DNA from: Myxococcales bacterium
Lineage (GTDB): Bacteria > Myxococcota_A > Polyangia > Polyangiales > Polyangiaceae
Assembly (NCBI GenBank): GCA_043747615.1
Contig: JAYTOU010000102.1
Span: 1-38,705, forward strand
DNA length: 38,705 nucleotides
Direction of reading: 5' to 3'
Part shown: positions 9,077 to 17,842 of the stretch, one piece after another
Numbering within the stretch: position 1 is the stretch's first letter
Layout: the number at the start of each line of letters is the position of its first letter
Made by a program: the position numbers and the translations under genes
Notes under the pieces: model-generated
Databases searched by the model: none
What the model saw: the letters and a program-made list of their open reading frames with translations, nothing else
Told to the model about the DNA's origin: nothing

Positions 9077-9916
9077 CTACCCGAGACGCTCGACGATGCC
9101 GGAAGGGGGCGCGACGATCTTGCCGACCGCACTGCCGCGAGCTGCGAGGTATTCGGTCAGGTGATCCGTGACGTAGGCGATGGCGTTCGCTTCGCGCTCG
9201 CTGAAGCAGGATCCATCGAGAGGATCGACGAGCTCGATCACCGCGAGGAATCGTCCGCCGTCGAGCGCGGGAGCGACGAGCACGCTCCGCATCTCTCCAA
9301 AATACGCGAAGCGGTCGGGCGCGCTCGCCGAGTCTTCTCCGAACGCGTGCACCGAAGGACGCAAGGTGTGGGTCGCTTGCCGGATGAGGGGATCGCTCTC
9401 CGGAGCGCGCGTGAGAAGGAGCCTCTCGGCGTGCGGTCCTTGGGCGTAGGCGACGACGAACTCGCGCGAGTCGACGTCGTAGAGCGAGACCATCCCGCCA
9501 CGCGAAGGAATCGCTCCGAGGACGACGGAGAGGCAGTAGCTCGCGCCTTCGACGGACGTCTCAAAGAAGTGAAGCTCGTGCATCGCGTCGAAGAGCAGAT
9601 CAATGATGTCCGCCGTGGACAAGCGCGATGCAGGGGGCGGCGGCGACGCACACGCGACAAGATTGGCGGGCGGCGCAGAACCAACGAGGTGGAGCACGGG
9701 CGGCGGCGAGACGGGCTCGTCCGTGTCGAACTCGAGATCCTCCGTATGGAGCGCCACGCGAAAGGGCCCCAGCGCGGCGGGCTCGCTCACGATGGCTTCG
9801 GGAAGAGGAGGCGCAGACGGGGCCGGCCGAGGCACGGCTCGGGGCGCAGGCCGGGGGACCGCGGGACGCGCGGCGGGTCGAGGCACGGATCGTTTCGCTC
9901 CTTCGCGTGATGCCAT
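9077..9916 (-). CDS. GAF domain-containing protein with a Pro-rich N-terminus
   Basis: SRGGMVSLYD..FVVAYAQG..RSVLVAPALDGGRFLAVIELVDP..FSERE is GAF-like; likely start ATG 9916 (MASREG). Confidence 0.8.
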   Translation of the reverse strand: MASREGAKRSVPRPAARPAVPRPAPRAVPRPAPSAPPLPEAIVSEPAALGPFRVALHTEDLEFDTDEPVSPPPVLHLVGSAPPANLVACASPPPPASRLSTADIIDLLFDAMHELHFFETSVEGASYCLSVVLGAIPSRGGMVSLYDVDSREFVVAYAQGPHAERLLLTRAPESDPLIRQATHTLRPSVHAFGEDSASAPDRFAYFGEMRSVLVAPALDGGRFLAVIELVDPLDGSCFSEREANAIAYVTDHLTEYLAARGSAVGKIVAPPSGIVERLG

Positions 9917-10092
9917 GCTCGACTCTGCTGCAATGCGCATTCCACCCCGCGCGATCGCAAGAAGCCGCACGAACCCGACGAACTGCCGCTTTTATCAGGC
10001 GATTGCGCGCTCACGTGGATCAGGTCGGATCCTTCGGATCTCGCCGATCCTAGGCGCGCTGCGCGAAGGTCGGCTACGCTCGTCGCTCCTCG

Positions 10093-11091
10093 ATGAGCTC
10101 GATTCTCTCCTCCGTCCTCGCGCAAGACACCGCTGTCCAGACGCTGCGGCGCGCGCTGTCGATTGGGCGTGTGCACCATGCATATCTGTTCGACGGGCCG
10201 GACGGCGTCGGCAAGGAGCTTGCGGCCTTCGGGCTCGCCCAGGCACTCGTTTGCGAGCGTCGCGGACCGCTCGGGGAAGATGCCTGCGGAGAGTGCTCGG
10301 CGTGCACGCGTGCAAAGCCCCGCAAGGAGACGACGCGGCCAGTACATCCAGACATCGTCGTGCTCGCGCGGGGGCTCTACGAACCGGCGCAGATCGGCAG
10401 ACGCACTGCAGAGACGCAGGACATCTCGATCGACCAGGTGCGCACCCTCGTCCTCGCGCGCGCCGCGTTTCCGCCCCACGAAGGCCGGGCGAAAGTGTTC
10501 ATCGTGCGGCAGGTCGACGAGCTGAGCACCGCTGCGGCGAATGCGCTCCTCAAGACCCTCGAAGAGCCCGGGAAAAATACCCATTTCGTGCTTCTCACGT
10601 CGCGCGCGGACAGCCTCTTGAGCACGATTCGATCGCGAACGCAGCGGGTGCGTTTTGCTCCGCTCCCCGATCAGGTCGTGGCCCAGCTCCTCGTTCTCGA
10701 AGGCGTGGAGGCAGGTGAGGCGAAGAAGATCGCCGAGCTCTCGGGCGGCAGCGCGGCCGAGGGCAGCCACCTCGCCGACCCCGAGGAAAGCGAAAAACGC
10801 GAGGCCTTCGTGACTCACGCGCTCGCCGCCCTCACCTCTCCGGATCTGGGAAAAGGACTCGAGCTCGCTGAAGAAGCGAAGAAGGAAAAATCCGGACTCG
10901 ACCTTCGGATCCTCGCGCTCGCAACGCGCCTTGCCGAGCAAGCGCGGCAGCTCGCAGGAGCGGGTGACGCGCGGGCAGACGCAGCAGTCGCACGCTACAG
11001 GCTCGCTCTCCAAGCCGCGCGTCAGCTCGACGGCAACGCCTCGGCACAGCTGGTGGTGGAGTCGATGATTATCCGCATGCGAGGAGCGTGA
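10093..11091 (+). CDS. holB: DNA polymerase III delta' subunit
   Basis: HAYLFDGPDGVGK, zinc module C..CGECSAC, HPD, ISIDQVR, AANALLKTLEEP, TIRSR. Confidence 0.93.
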   Translation: MSSILSSVLAQDTAVQTLRRALSIGRVHHAYLFDGPDGVGKELAAFGLAQALVCERRGPLGEDACGECSACTRAKPRKETTRPVHPDIVVLARGLYEPAQIGRRTAETQDISIDQVRTLVLARAAFPPHEGRAKVFIVRQVDELSTAAANALLKTLEEPGKNTHFVLLTSRADSLLSTIRSRTQRVRFAPLPDQVVAQLLVLEGVEAGEAKKIAELSGGSAAEGSHLADPEESEKREAFVTHALAALTSPDLGKGLELAEEAKKEKSGLDLRILALATRLAEQARQLAGAGDARADAAVARYRLALQAARQLDGNASAQLVVESMIIRMRGA

Positions 11092-11095
11092 CGGC

Positions 11096-12025
11096 GTGAC
11101 TTTTTTTCTCCCGCTCGCAGAGGACGGCCCCGCGCCGCTCGGGCTCGATGCAAATCTCCTGGCAGAGGACGAGCTCGCGCGTGATGGAGAAGCGGTCCTC
11201 TACAACGCGGCGGGCGTGCGCGTGGAGCCGGCGCGGGTGGTGAGCTTCGATGCCGGTGACGAGCTTTACCGCCGGGGAGATCGGGTGATGTGCGAGGGCG
11301 GCACCGGGCCGCAGCTGCTGACGGTGGCCATCGCCACGAGGCGCGTGCTCTCCAAGATCAAGCTTCCGCGCATCCTTCGGCGCGTGAACGACGACGACGC
11401 AGTGAACGAAGCGAAGCTCCGAGGGCGCGAACAGATCATCTACCGCCAGGCCAAGGAGGCGGCGAATCGCCTGCGCTTGCCGGTCAAAGTAGTGCGCGTC
11501 GAAGCAATTCGCGGCGGAGAGAGCTACATCGTGTACTTCGCGAGCGAGGAGAAGATCACCTACCGGGAGCTTCTTCGCAGCCTCTCCCAGTCGACGCGGG
11601 AGCGGATCGAGCTGCGGCAAATCGGAATGCGCGACGCGGCCAAGATAGTCGGTGGCGTTGGGCCTTGCGGACTTCAGCTGTGTTGCAACACCTTCCTCTC
11701 GGACTTCGCTCCGGTGAGCATCAAGATGGCCAAGGATCAGGGGCTCGCCCTCAATCCGCAGAAGGTGTCGGGTGTGTGCGGACGCCTGCTCTGCTGCCTG
11801 GTCTACGAAGAGGCCTACTACCGCGCCGCGCGAAAGCTGGTTCCGCGCTTCGGCGAAAAAGTATGGACGTCGCGCGGGCTCGGACGGGTGAAGGACGTCG
11901 ACGTGCTCCAGATGCAGGTCAGGGTAATTCTCGAAAAGGGCGAGCTCTTCACGTGCCCGGTCTCGGAGATCGATCATTCGCGCAAGCTTCGTAGCAAGCC
12001 CTCCGCTGCCGACGATGACGATTGA
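11096..12025 (+). CDS. ricT: PSP1-domain / RicT (YaaT)-family Fe-S protein
   Basis: RIELRQIGMRDAAKIVGGVGPCGLQLCCNTF, VSIKMAKDQGLALNPQKVSGVCGRLLCCLVYE; directly downstream of holB as in the familiar holB-yaaT arrangement. Confidence 0.92.
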   Translation: MTFFLPLAEDGPAPLGLDANLLAEDELARDGEAVLYNAAGVRVEPARVVSFDAGDELYRRGDRVMCEGGTGPQLLTVAIATRRVLSKIKLPRILRRVNDDDAVNEAKLRGREQIIYRQAKEAANRLRLPVKVVRVEAIRGGESYIVYFASEEKITYRELLRSLSQSTRERIELRQIGMRDAAKIVGGVGPCGLQLCCNTFLSDFAPVSIKMAKDQGLALNPQKVSGVCGRLLCCLVYEEAYYRAARKLVPRFGEKVWTSRGLGRVKDVDVLQMQVRVILEKGELFTCPVSEIDHSRKLRSKPSAADDDD

Positions 12026-12034
12026 AACGACGAC

Positions 12035-12679
12035 CTACTCGAGCGTCGATTTTCCGACGGCGAGGACGTCGAACATCCCTGGCTCGAGGAGCATGCCCCG
12101 CCAGGCGCGCGCCATACCCGAGCCAACGACGACGAGGATTCGATCGCCAGGGAGAGATTTGTATTCTGCAACTACCACCTCTGCACCCACGTCTGGCGCC
12201 CCGGTGCCGATGCGCTGAGCGCCGAACGGCAGGCGGCGAAGGCGTTCGAAGCGCTCACCCTCGTGCTCGAGCGACGACGGGGGCTCCGGACCGAGCTCGA
12301 TCTCGCCCTCGCGGATCGGCATCAGCCAGACCATTTCTTCGGCAGGCTTCGGACGAAGGAAAAGAGCGCGATCAGACCCCGCGTCGGGGGCGATGAAGAG
12401 AACAGCGGCTGGCATTTCCTCGGAGAACACGATCGCTCCGGCGAGCCAAGCTTCTTCGCCGCCGGCGCGAATCACGACGTCACCGAGCTGGCAGGAAAAA
12501 TTTAGCAAAGGATCTTCCTTCGGCGCGGCGGCCACGAGGGCGCGCTTTGCCGATGCACCCTCGTCATCCGTGGGTTCCTCTTCCTCGGTCGCGTCGGATT
12601 TCGGGAGCGCGCTGCGGGCGATCCAGCGCCCCATCATGACTCCGCCCGCAACCACCAGTGACGTCAGGATGAGACTCAT
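12035..12679 (-). CDS. Hypothetical protein with an N-terminal TM anchor (DUF4178-like region)
   Basis: N-terminal hydrophobic helix; QLGDVV..WLAGAIVFSE..PPSSLEHEGERFER..EY pattern; ATGA overlap with the thiE stop. Confidence 0.7.
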   Translation of the reverse strand: MSLILTSLVVAGGVMMGRWIARSALPKSDATEEEEPTDDEGASAKRALVAAAPKEDPLLNFSCQLGDVVIRAGGEEAWLAGAIVFSEEMPAAVLFIAPDAGSDRALFLRPKPAEEMVWLMPIREGEIELGPEPPSSLEHEGERFERLRRLPFGAQRIGTGAPDVGAEVVVAEYKSLPGDRILVVVGSGMARAWRGMLLEPGMFDVLAVGKSTLE

Positions 12680-13350
12680 GCGGATGGAACTCCTCGTGCC
12701 ATGGATGCGGATTCTTCTCTAGCGCCACCGAGAGCAATGTGGAGAGCCGAGGCGCGGGACGCGATTTCGTGAGCTTCGGGCGGAACGAGATAGCCGATGC
12801 TCGCCGCGCACGCCGCAAGCTCGTGGACCTCGGGCGCGTTCATCAGGGTGATGCCACCGATTGCCACGAGCGGAATGCCCGCTTCCTTGGCGACGCCCGC
12901 GGCCGCACGAAGCCCGTCGAGGCCAACCACCGGAGAGGCATCCTTCTTCGATCCCGTCGGGAAAATAGGCCCAAATGCGACGTAGGCTGGGCGATGGGTC
13001 AGCGCGCGCGAGAGCTGATCGAGCGTATGCGTAGAGAGGCCCACCTTGAGCTCTGGCGAGAGCCGACGCACGAGATCGATCGAGCCGTCTTCTTGCCCTA
13101 AGTGCACCATGCCGCACCCCGCGAGCGCCGCGAGCTCCGGTCGATCATTGCACACCAGCGGTACATGCGCAGCGCGGCACAGGGGCCCGAGCAAGCGGAG
13201 CAGAGCGAGGATCTCCCGCGACGAGAGATCTTTTGCCCGGAGCTGCAACGCGGCGGGACGCACGGAGAGAACCGCCCCCGCGAACGCGAGCGGATGGATC
13301 CGCCGGGCGCTCAGTGTCGCGACGTCGAGGATGGCGTAGAGCCCACGCAT
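12676..13350 (-). CDS. thiE: Thiamine-phosphate synthase
   Basis: GLYAILD, LQLRAK, VCNDR, VHLGQED, GLSTH, YVAFGPIFPTGSK, PLVAIGGIT. Confidence 0.93.
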   Translation of the reverse strand: MRGLYAILDVATLSARRIHPLAFAGAVLSVRPAALQLRAKDLSSREILALLRLLGPLCRAAHVPLVCNDRPELAALAGCGMVHLGQEDGSIDLVRRLSPELKVGLSTHTLDQLSRALTHRPAYVAFGPIFPTGSKKDASPVVGLDGLRAAAGVAKEAGIPLVAIGGITLMNAPEVHELAACAASIGYLVPPEAHEIASRASALHIALGGAREESASMARGVPSA

Positions 13351-13360
13351 CGCGGACCCG

Positions 13361-14551
13361 TTACTCTTGGCTCAAGACGACGACGCGCGATTCTTTGGTG
13401 AGGCGGGGGACGTCGGTGGGAAACGGCGGCTCGATGGAGATCACTTCGCCGCGGAGAAGTTCGTCCCACGCTGCGTTCGACTCCGTGCGCTCACGATCGA
13501 GACGACGGGCGCGAACCCGGCCGACCTCTGCGTCCTGGAGCTCACCACACAAAAAAATCTCTATTTTGCCCTTGGTGACGACGCGTCCTGAAACGACGCG
13601 GAGGCGCGTGAGGGCCTCGGGGAGCGAAGCCTTGAAGGTGCGACCGTCCCTGCGCAACACGAGATAGCTGAAGGTAAGGCCTTCCCAGCGCAGTCCAGCC
13701 GCGCGCGCCGTAGGGACGAGCCATGGGGGAAGATCGATGGGCAGATCTTCGTGACACCAGTCGGTCGGATTCACGAGCGCTGGGCAGCTGGCGGAATGCA
13801 AGCACGGGGCGAACACCGTGGCGCGCACCGGATCGGCGGAGAGAAGCGCGTCTCGCACCTCGTGGAGGTGACGGGTGCGGTCGCGAAGGGCTGGCTCGAC
13901 GATCACCAGCGAGCCCTCAGGATCGAGCGAGCGCGTGAGGAGAGTGGTGACGAGCTCGACATGCCGCGAGAGGCGCTCTTCGTCACGCACGGTGCGATCG
14001 AGCTCGCTGAGAACGTGGCCGAGGAGGATCAGATCGAACGGCCCCTTCGGGATGCTTCCGCCGAACGAGGCGCGTGCCGTGGAGCCTTCCAGGGTGACGC
14101 CGTCCACCTGCGTTCGCCGCGATAGAATTTCCTTGGCGAGCAGGAGCGCGTCCTCGTCCGTGTCATAGAGGACGACGGAGATGCGCCCTTTTTTCCCGGC
14201 AGCGGAGAGGGCGCGCGCCACGCCCCAGCTCATCGCACCGAGGCCTGCGCCGTAATCGAGGACCCGGAGCGGACGGTCTTCTGGAAGCGTAAGAGCTCCA
14301 CTCGCGACAAGCTCGCGCACCGCCGCCGCCCCCTTCGGAACATCGCGCGGAAAGGAAAAGAGCAGCCGCGCCGCAAGCGCATCGCTCGAGGACGCCTGGA
14401 CGTTCGCGGGAGCACGGTCGTTGTACGTCGCCGAAAGGAGCGAGACCTTCGACCCGAGACGAGCCGGGTCGTTCGTCGTCGGCCAGCCGCGGCGCTGCGC
14501 CACGGCATCGAGCGTCTCTCGCCAGCTATCTTCGAGGCATCTCGCGATCAC
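13361..14551 (-). CDS. Rsm22/METTL17-family SAM-dependent methyltransferase-like protein
   Basis: VLDYGAGLG, FDLILLGHVLSEL, LVIVEPA, APCLHSASCP..DWCH, FSYLVLR, KGKIEIFLC. Confidence 0.87.
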   Translation of the reverse strand: MIARCLEDSWRETLDAVAQRRGWPTTNDPARLGSKVSLLSATYNDRAPANVQASSSDALAARLLFSFPRDVPKGAAAVRELVASGALTLPEDRPLRVLDYGAGLGAMSWGVARALSAAGKKGRISVVLYDTDEDALLLAKEILSRRTQVDGVTLEGSTARASFGGSIPKGPFDLILLGHVLSELDRTVRDEERLSRHVELVTTLLTRSLDPEGSLVIVEPALRDRTRHLHEVRDALLSADPVRATVFAPCLHSASCPALVNPTDWCHEDLPIDLPPWLVPTARAAGLRWEGLTFSYLVLRRDGRTFKASLPEALTRLRVVSGRVVTKGKIEIFLCGELQDAEVGRVRARRLDRERTESNAAWDELLRGEVISIEPPFPTDVPRLTKESRVVVLSQE

Positions 14552-14833
14552 AGGCTAGTCTTAGTCCCGCGCGAGGGTGGGGTCGACTAGAACGCGCCGC
14601 CGCCTTGGATTGCAAAATGATTCATGGTTAAAACCTCCGCGGGCGCCTAGGTCAAGGTGGGCGCCAGGCGAGCGGTGGACATTTGCGGCCATTCTGGGAG
14701 TTGACTGTCGCGTGTTGTTGGCAATGCAGCCCGGCCGGCTGTCCGGAATTCGGACACACGCTCGAGGGCGGCATTTTAGAAGCGGATCCGCAAAGCGCGG
14801 TGCAGCGCGTGCGAGGTCGACTAGTCTGCTGCC

Positions 14834-15712
14834 ATGCGTCCGCTCCTCGCCCTCATAGTGTTCTTGCCGCTCCTCACGGGATGTCCATCGGCGCCGCCCC
14901 CGGCCTCGCTCCTCCCCAATGCGACGGCGGCGGTCGATCGGATGCGGGCGACGGCAGCATGCGGAACTTCGGTGCAAGCGAGCGCGAAGATCGATCACTT
15001 CGGCAAGGAAGGACGCGTCCGCGGCGATCTCTTGATGTTCGTCGCCCTCCCCGCGCGCATCCGCATGGACATCGTGAGCCCCTTCGGCGCCACCGTGGCT
15101 ACGCTCACCAGCGACTCGCAAAAATTCGCCCTCGCCGATCTTCGCGAAAAGCGTTTCTACGTCGGGCCCGCGTCGGCCTGCAACATCGCGCGTCTCACGA
15201 CCGTGCCCATCCCCGGGCCGGTGCTCGTCGATCTTCTCCGCGGGCAGGCGCCAGTGCTCAAGCACGATCCCGCCGCGATGACGATCGAATGGCACAGGAA
15301 CGGCTACTACGTGCTCCGGATTCCGAGCACGCACAACGCCGTCGAGGAGATTCATCTGGTGCCCAGACCCGAGGACTTCGGGAAGGAGTGGAACCAGCAG
15401 CGAATGCGCGTGCTCGATGTGACGGTCTTTCAGGAGGGCCTCGTCCTCTACCACGCCGAGATGGATGATCACGCGGTAGCGCCGATGGCCAAGCCGAGAG
15501 TCGATCCCGACGGCATCGACCCACCGATTCCGCCGAGCGGTCCCTTCTGCGACGCCGAGCTGCCGAGGCGCATCCACGTCGACGTGCCTGGGCTGAAGGA
15601 GGACGTCCTCTTTCGCTACGATCAGGTGACGTGGAACCCGCCGCTCGCGCAGGGGACGTTCGTCCAGCAACCTCCGCCAATGATGACGGTCACTCCCGTC
15701 ACGTGCGAGTAG
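14834..15712 (+). CDS. Lipoprotein, DUF4292/LolB-like fold
   Basis: Lipobox LLTGC; PARIRMDIVSPFGATVATLTSD resembles DUF4292/LolB-type proteins. Confidence 0.75.
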   Translation: MRPLLALIVFLPLLTGCPSAPPPASLLPNATAAVDRMRATAACGTSVQASAKIDHFGKEGRVRGDLLMFVALPARIRMDIVSPFGATVATLTSDSQKFALADLREKRFYVGPASACNIARLTTVPIPGPVLVDLLRGQAPVLKHDPAAMTIEWHRNGYYVLRIPSTHNAVEEIHLVPRPEDFGKEWNQQRMRVLDVTVFQEGLVLYHAEMDDHAVAPMAKPRVDPDGIDPPIPPSGPFCDAELPRRIHVDVPGLKEDVLFRYDQVTWNPPLAQGTFVQQPPPMMTVTPVTCE

Positions 15713-16460
15713 GTCGGCGAGCGAGAGCGCTTCGGGTCTCGGCGGGAGTGTCGGTGATGATCCAATCGACTCCGCGATCCCTGAGCTCGCAGGCTTCGGC
15801 GCCGTCATTCACGGTGTAGGCGCCTACGCGAAAACCCCTTTTTTTCCAGCGTAGAACGCGCTCGACGGTGCACTGCGTCCGCTCTGGGTGAAGCGCGAAA
15901 AACGCGGCCGGTGACGCGACGCGAACGGCAAAGTCGAGACCGCGGTCGTGCCGGCGATCGGTGAGCCAGGCGCGGAGGGTTCGGGGCGCGAGCGGGGCCA
16001 TCGCGAGGAGGAGCGTGGGATCGAACGACGACAGAAGGACGTCGACGCGCGACTGCATGAGCACGCGCGCGAGGGCGACGACGAAAGAGAGACGCCGCGA
16101 CTGATCGTGCTTGAGCTCGACATTGATCGGCATGCTGCGATCGCGGCACCATGCGAGAACTTCACTCAGCGTCGGCACCCCTTCCGCGGTGTCGAGCAAG
16201 CGGACCTGCGCGAGCTCCGCCTTCGACAGGGCCTCTACCCAGCGCACGTCCCTGCCGCCCGTCATGCGCGAGAGACCGGGATCATGGCAGACCACGACCT
16301 CGCCATCGCGCGACAACCGAACGTCGATCTCCACGGCGTCGGCCTCTTCGGCATGCGCACGTTCGAGAGCCGCCACCGTATTTTCAGGAGGCCATCCCTC
16401 CCCTCGCCCGCCTCGGTGGCCGACGATGAGGGTCCTGCCCCGAGTCTCCCAGACGCTCAC
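15699..16460 (-). CDS. Glycerophosphodiester phosphodiesterase (GDPD/UgpQ family)
   Basis: VGHRG, PENTVAA, VEIDVRLSRDGEVVVCHD, VPTLSEVL, NVELK, YTVND, IITDTP. Confidence 0.93.
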   Translation of the reverse strand: MSVWETRGRTLIVGHRGGRGEGWPPENTVAALERAHAEEADAVEIDVRLSRDGEVVVCHDPGLSRMTGGRDVRWVEALSKAELAQVRLLDTAEGVPTLSEVLAWCRDRSMPINVELKHDQSRRLSFVVALARVLMQSRVDVLLSSFDPTLLLAMAPLAPRTLRAWLTDRRHDRGLDFAVRVASPAAFFALHPERTQCTVERVLRWKKRGFRVGAYTVNDGAEACELRDRGVDWIITDTPAETRSALARRPTRT

Positions 16461-17452
16461 GTCGCCAGTTCTAGGACGATCTCGCGGGCGAGCGCGCGGG
16501 CCTTGTCGACCTCGTCTGAAAGAAGGGAGATGGCGCCGACCACTGGGTGACCGCCTCCGCCGTGCCGCTCACAGATCTCGGCGATGTTGTGGCGGCGCGC
16601 AATGGGCGACCACGGATTGTAGCCGATTGAGATTTTGCATTTGCCGCGCGAGCGCGTGAGGAGCACCGAGTACGCGCTCTTCGGGTAGAGCGCATACGTC
16701 ACGAATTTGCCTGCGGTTTCGATCAGCTGATCGCTCACGTCGACGAAAACCACGCCGTCTTTTTCCACCGCGCGGTCTTTCGTGAGGGCGATGAATGCCT
16801 CATGCGGCGCGCGGATCGGCGCGTACGCAGCCTGGATGTCGTTCGAGCTCGCCATCTCTTCGAGCGAACCGTCGAGGAGCCGTGGCACCATGGCCGTGAG
16901 GAACGCGTCGGTCCCTTTCTGCTCCACCACTGCCATCATCTGCAGGACCGGCTCATCGCGTGCGACGGCCATCTCGGCATTCGGAAATGCCGCCGAGTCG
17001 ATCATGTCGGCCCAGCTCACGAGCTTTGCCATGGGCGCCGGGTCCACGCCGAACCGCGCCGCGCCGACGTCCGCGATGAGCTTGGTGCACGAGCTGTAGG
17101 TGCCATCGTGGAACATGCGCCGGGCGGCGGGGGGCAGGAGCTCCTCGGCCGCGACGCGGGCCTCGTAGACGGCGCGCTCTTCCGGAGACGGAAACGCGCT
17201 GACGTGATGATCGAAGTACCACGACAGAGCGGGCGCGGTGCTGAAACGAAAATCGAGGATCACGTTTTCGTCGCCCACGAGGAGCTTCGGGTCGACGCCG
17301 CTCGACCCCGGCCCATAGCCCGACGAGTGGTAGGCGAAGCTGAGCTCGTCCCGCGGGTGCAGGTGCTTCATAAGCCGAGTGAAGAGGACCGCGGAGCAGA
17401 GACCGTCGAAACAATGCCCATGGGTGGCGACGACGACGTGTCTTTTACTCAT
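16457..17452 (-). CDS. DHH-family phosphoesterase
   Basis: HGHCFDG (motif I), ILDF, FDHH, C-terminal GGGGH; GTGA overlap with the GDPD gene. Confidence 0.88.
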   Translation of the reverse strand: MSKRHVVVATHGHCFDGLCSAVLFTRLMKHLHPRDELSFAYHSSGYGPGSSGVDPKLLVGDENVILDFRFSTAPALSWYFDHHVSAFPSPEERAVYEARVAAEELLPPAARRMFHDGTYSSCTKLIADVGAARFGVDPAPMAKLVSWADMIDSAAFPNAEMAVARDEPVLQMMAVVEQKGTDAFLTAMVPRLLDGSLEEMASSNDIQAAYAPIRAPHEAFIALTKDRAVEKDGVVFVDVSDQLIETAGKFVTYALYPKSAYSVLLTRSRGKCKISIGYNPWSPIARRHNIAEICERHGGGGHPVVGAISLLSDEVDKARALAREIVLELAT

Positions 17453-17488
17453 CAAAAGCGCTTACCATGAGAAGAGGAACTACCACCC

Positions 17489-17842
17489 ATGCGAATTCAT
17501 CACCTCGCCTTGCGAACCCAGGACGTCGCGCGTCTCGAGCGCTTCTATGTCGATGAGCTCGGCTTCATCGTCAGCCACCGCCAAGGGGAGAGAAACGTGT
17601 GGCTCGGGGCCGGAGAGGCGATCCTCATGATCGAGCGCGCCGAGGACGCCGAGCCCGCCATCTCGCCGGGCACGATGGAGCTCGTGGCCTTCACGATCAC
17701 GCCGGACGAAAGGCGCGTGCTCGAAGCCAAGCTGAAGGTCGAGGGCAAGACCGACTACACGCTTTACGTGCGAGACCCCGACGGCCGCCGCGTGGGCCTC
17801 AGTCACTTTCCTGGGACGCCGGTGTCTGCTCCGGCGAGGTGA
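17489..17842 (+). CDS. VOC/glyoxalase family protein
   Basis: [44 protein letters not shown]. Confidence 0.88.
   Translation: MRIHHLALRTQDVARLERFYVDELGFIVSHRQGERNVWLGAGEAILMIERAEDAEPAISPGTMELVAFTITPDERRVLEAKLKVEGKTDYTLYVRDPDGRRVGLSHFPGTPVSAPAR

Noticed and set aside
14597..14775. 6S RNA (about 180-nt span with terminal complementarity; minus-strand CCCACCTTGACC resembles part of E. coli 6S)
   Set aside because: I could not build the long rod with a central bubble by eye, and the usual zapA/ygfA/rny context is absent. It needs an Rfam scan, so it is kept only as an unspecified structured region.
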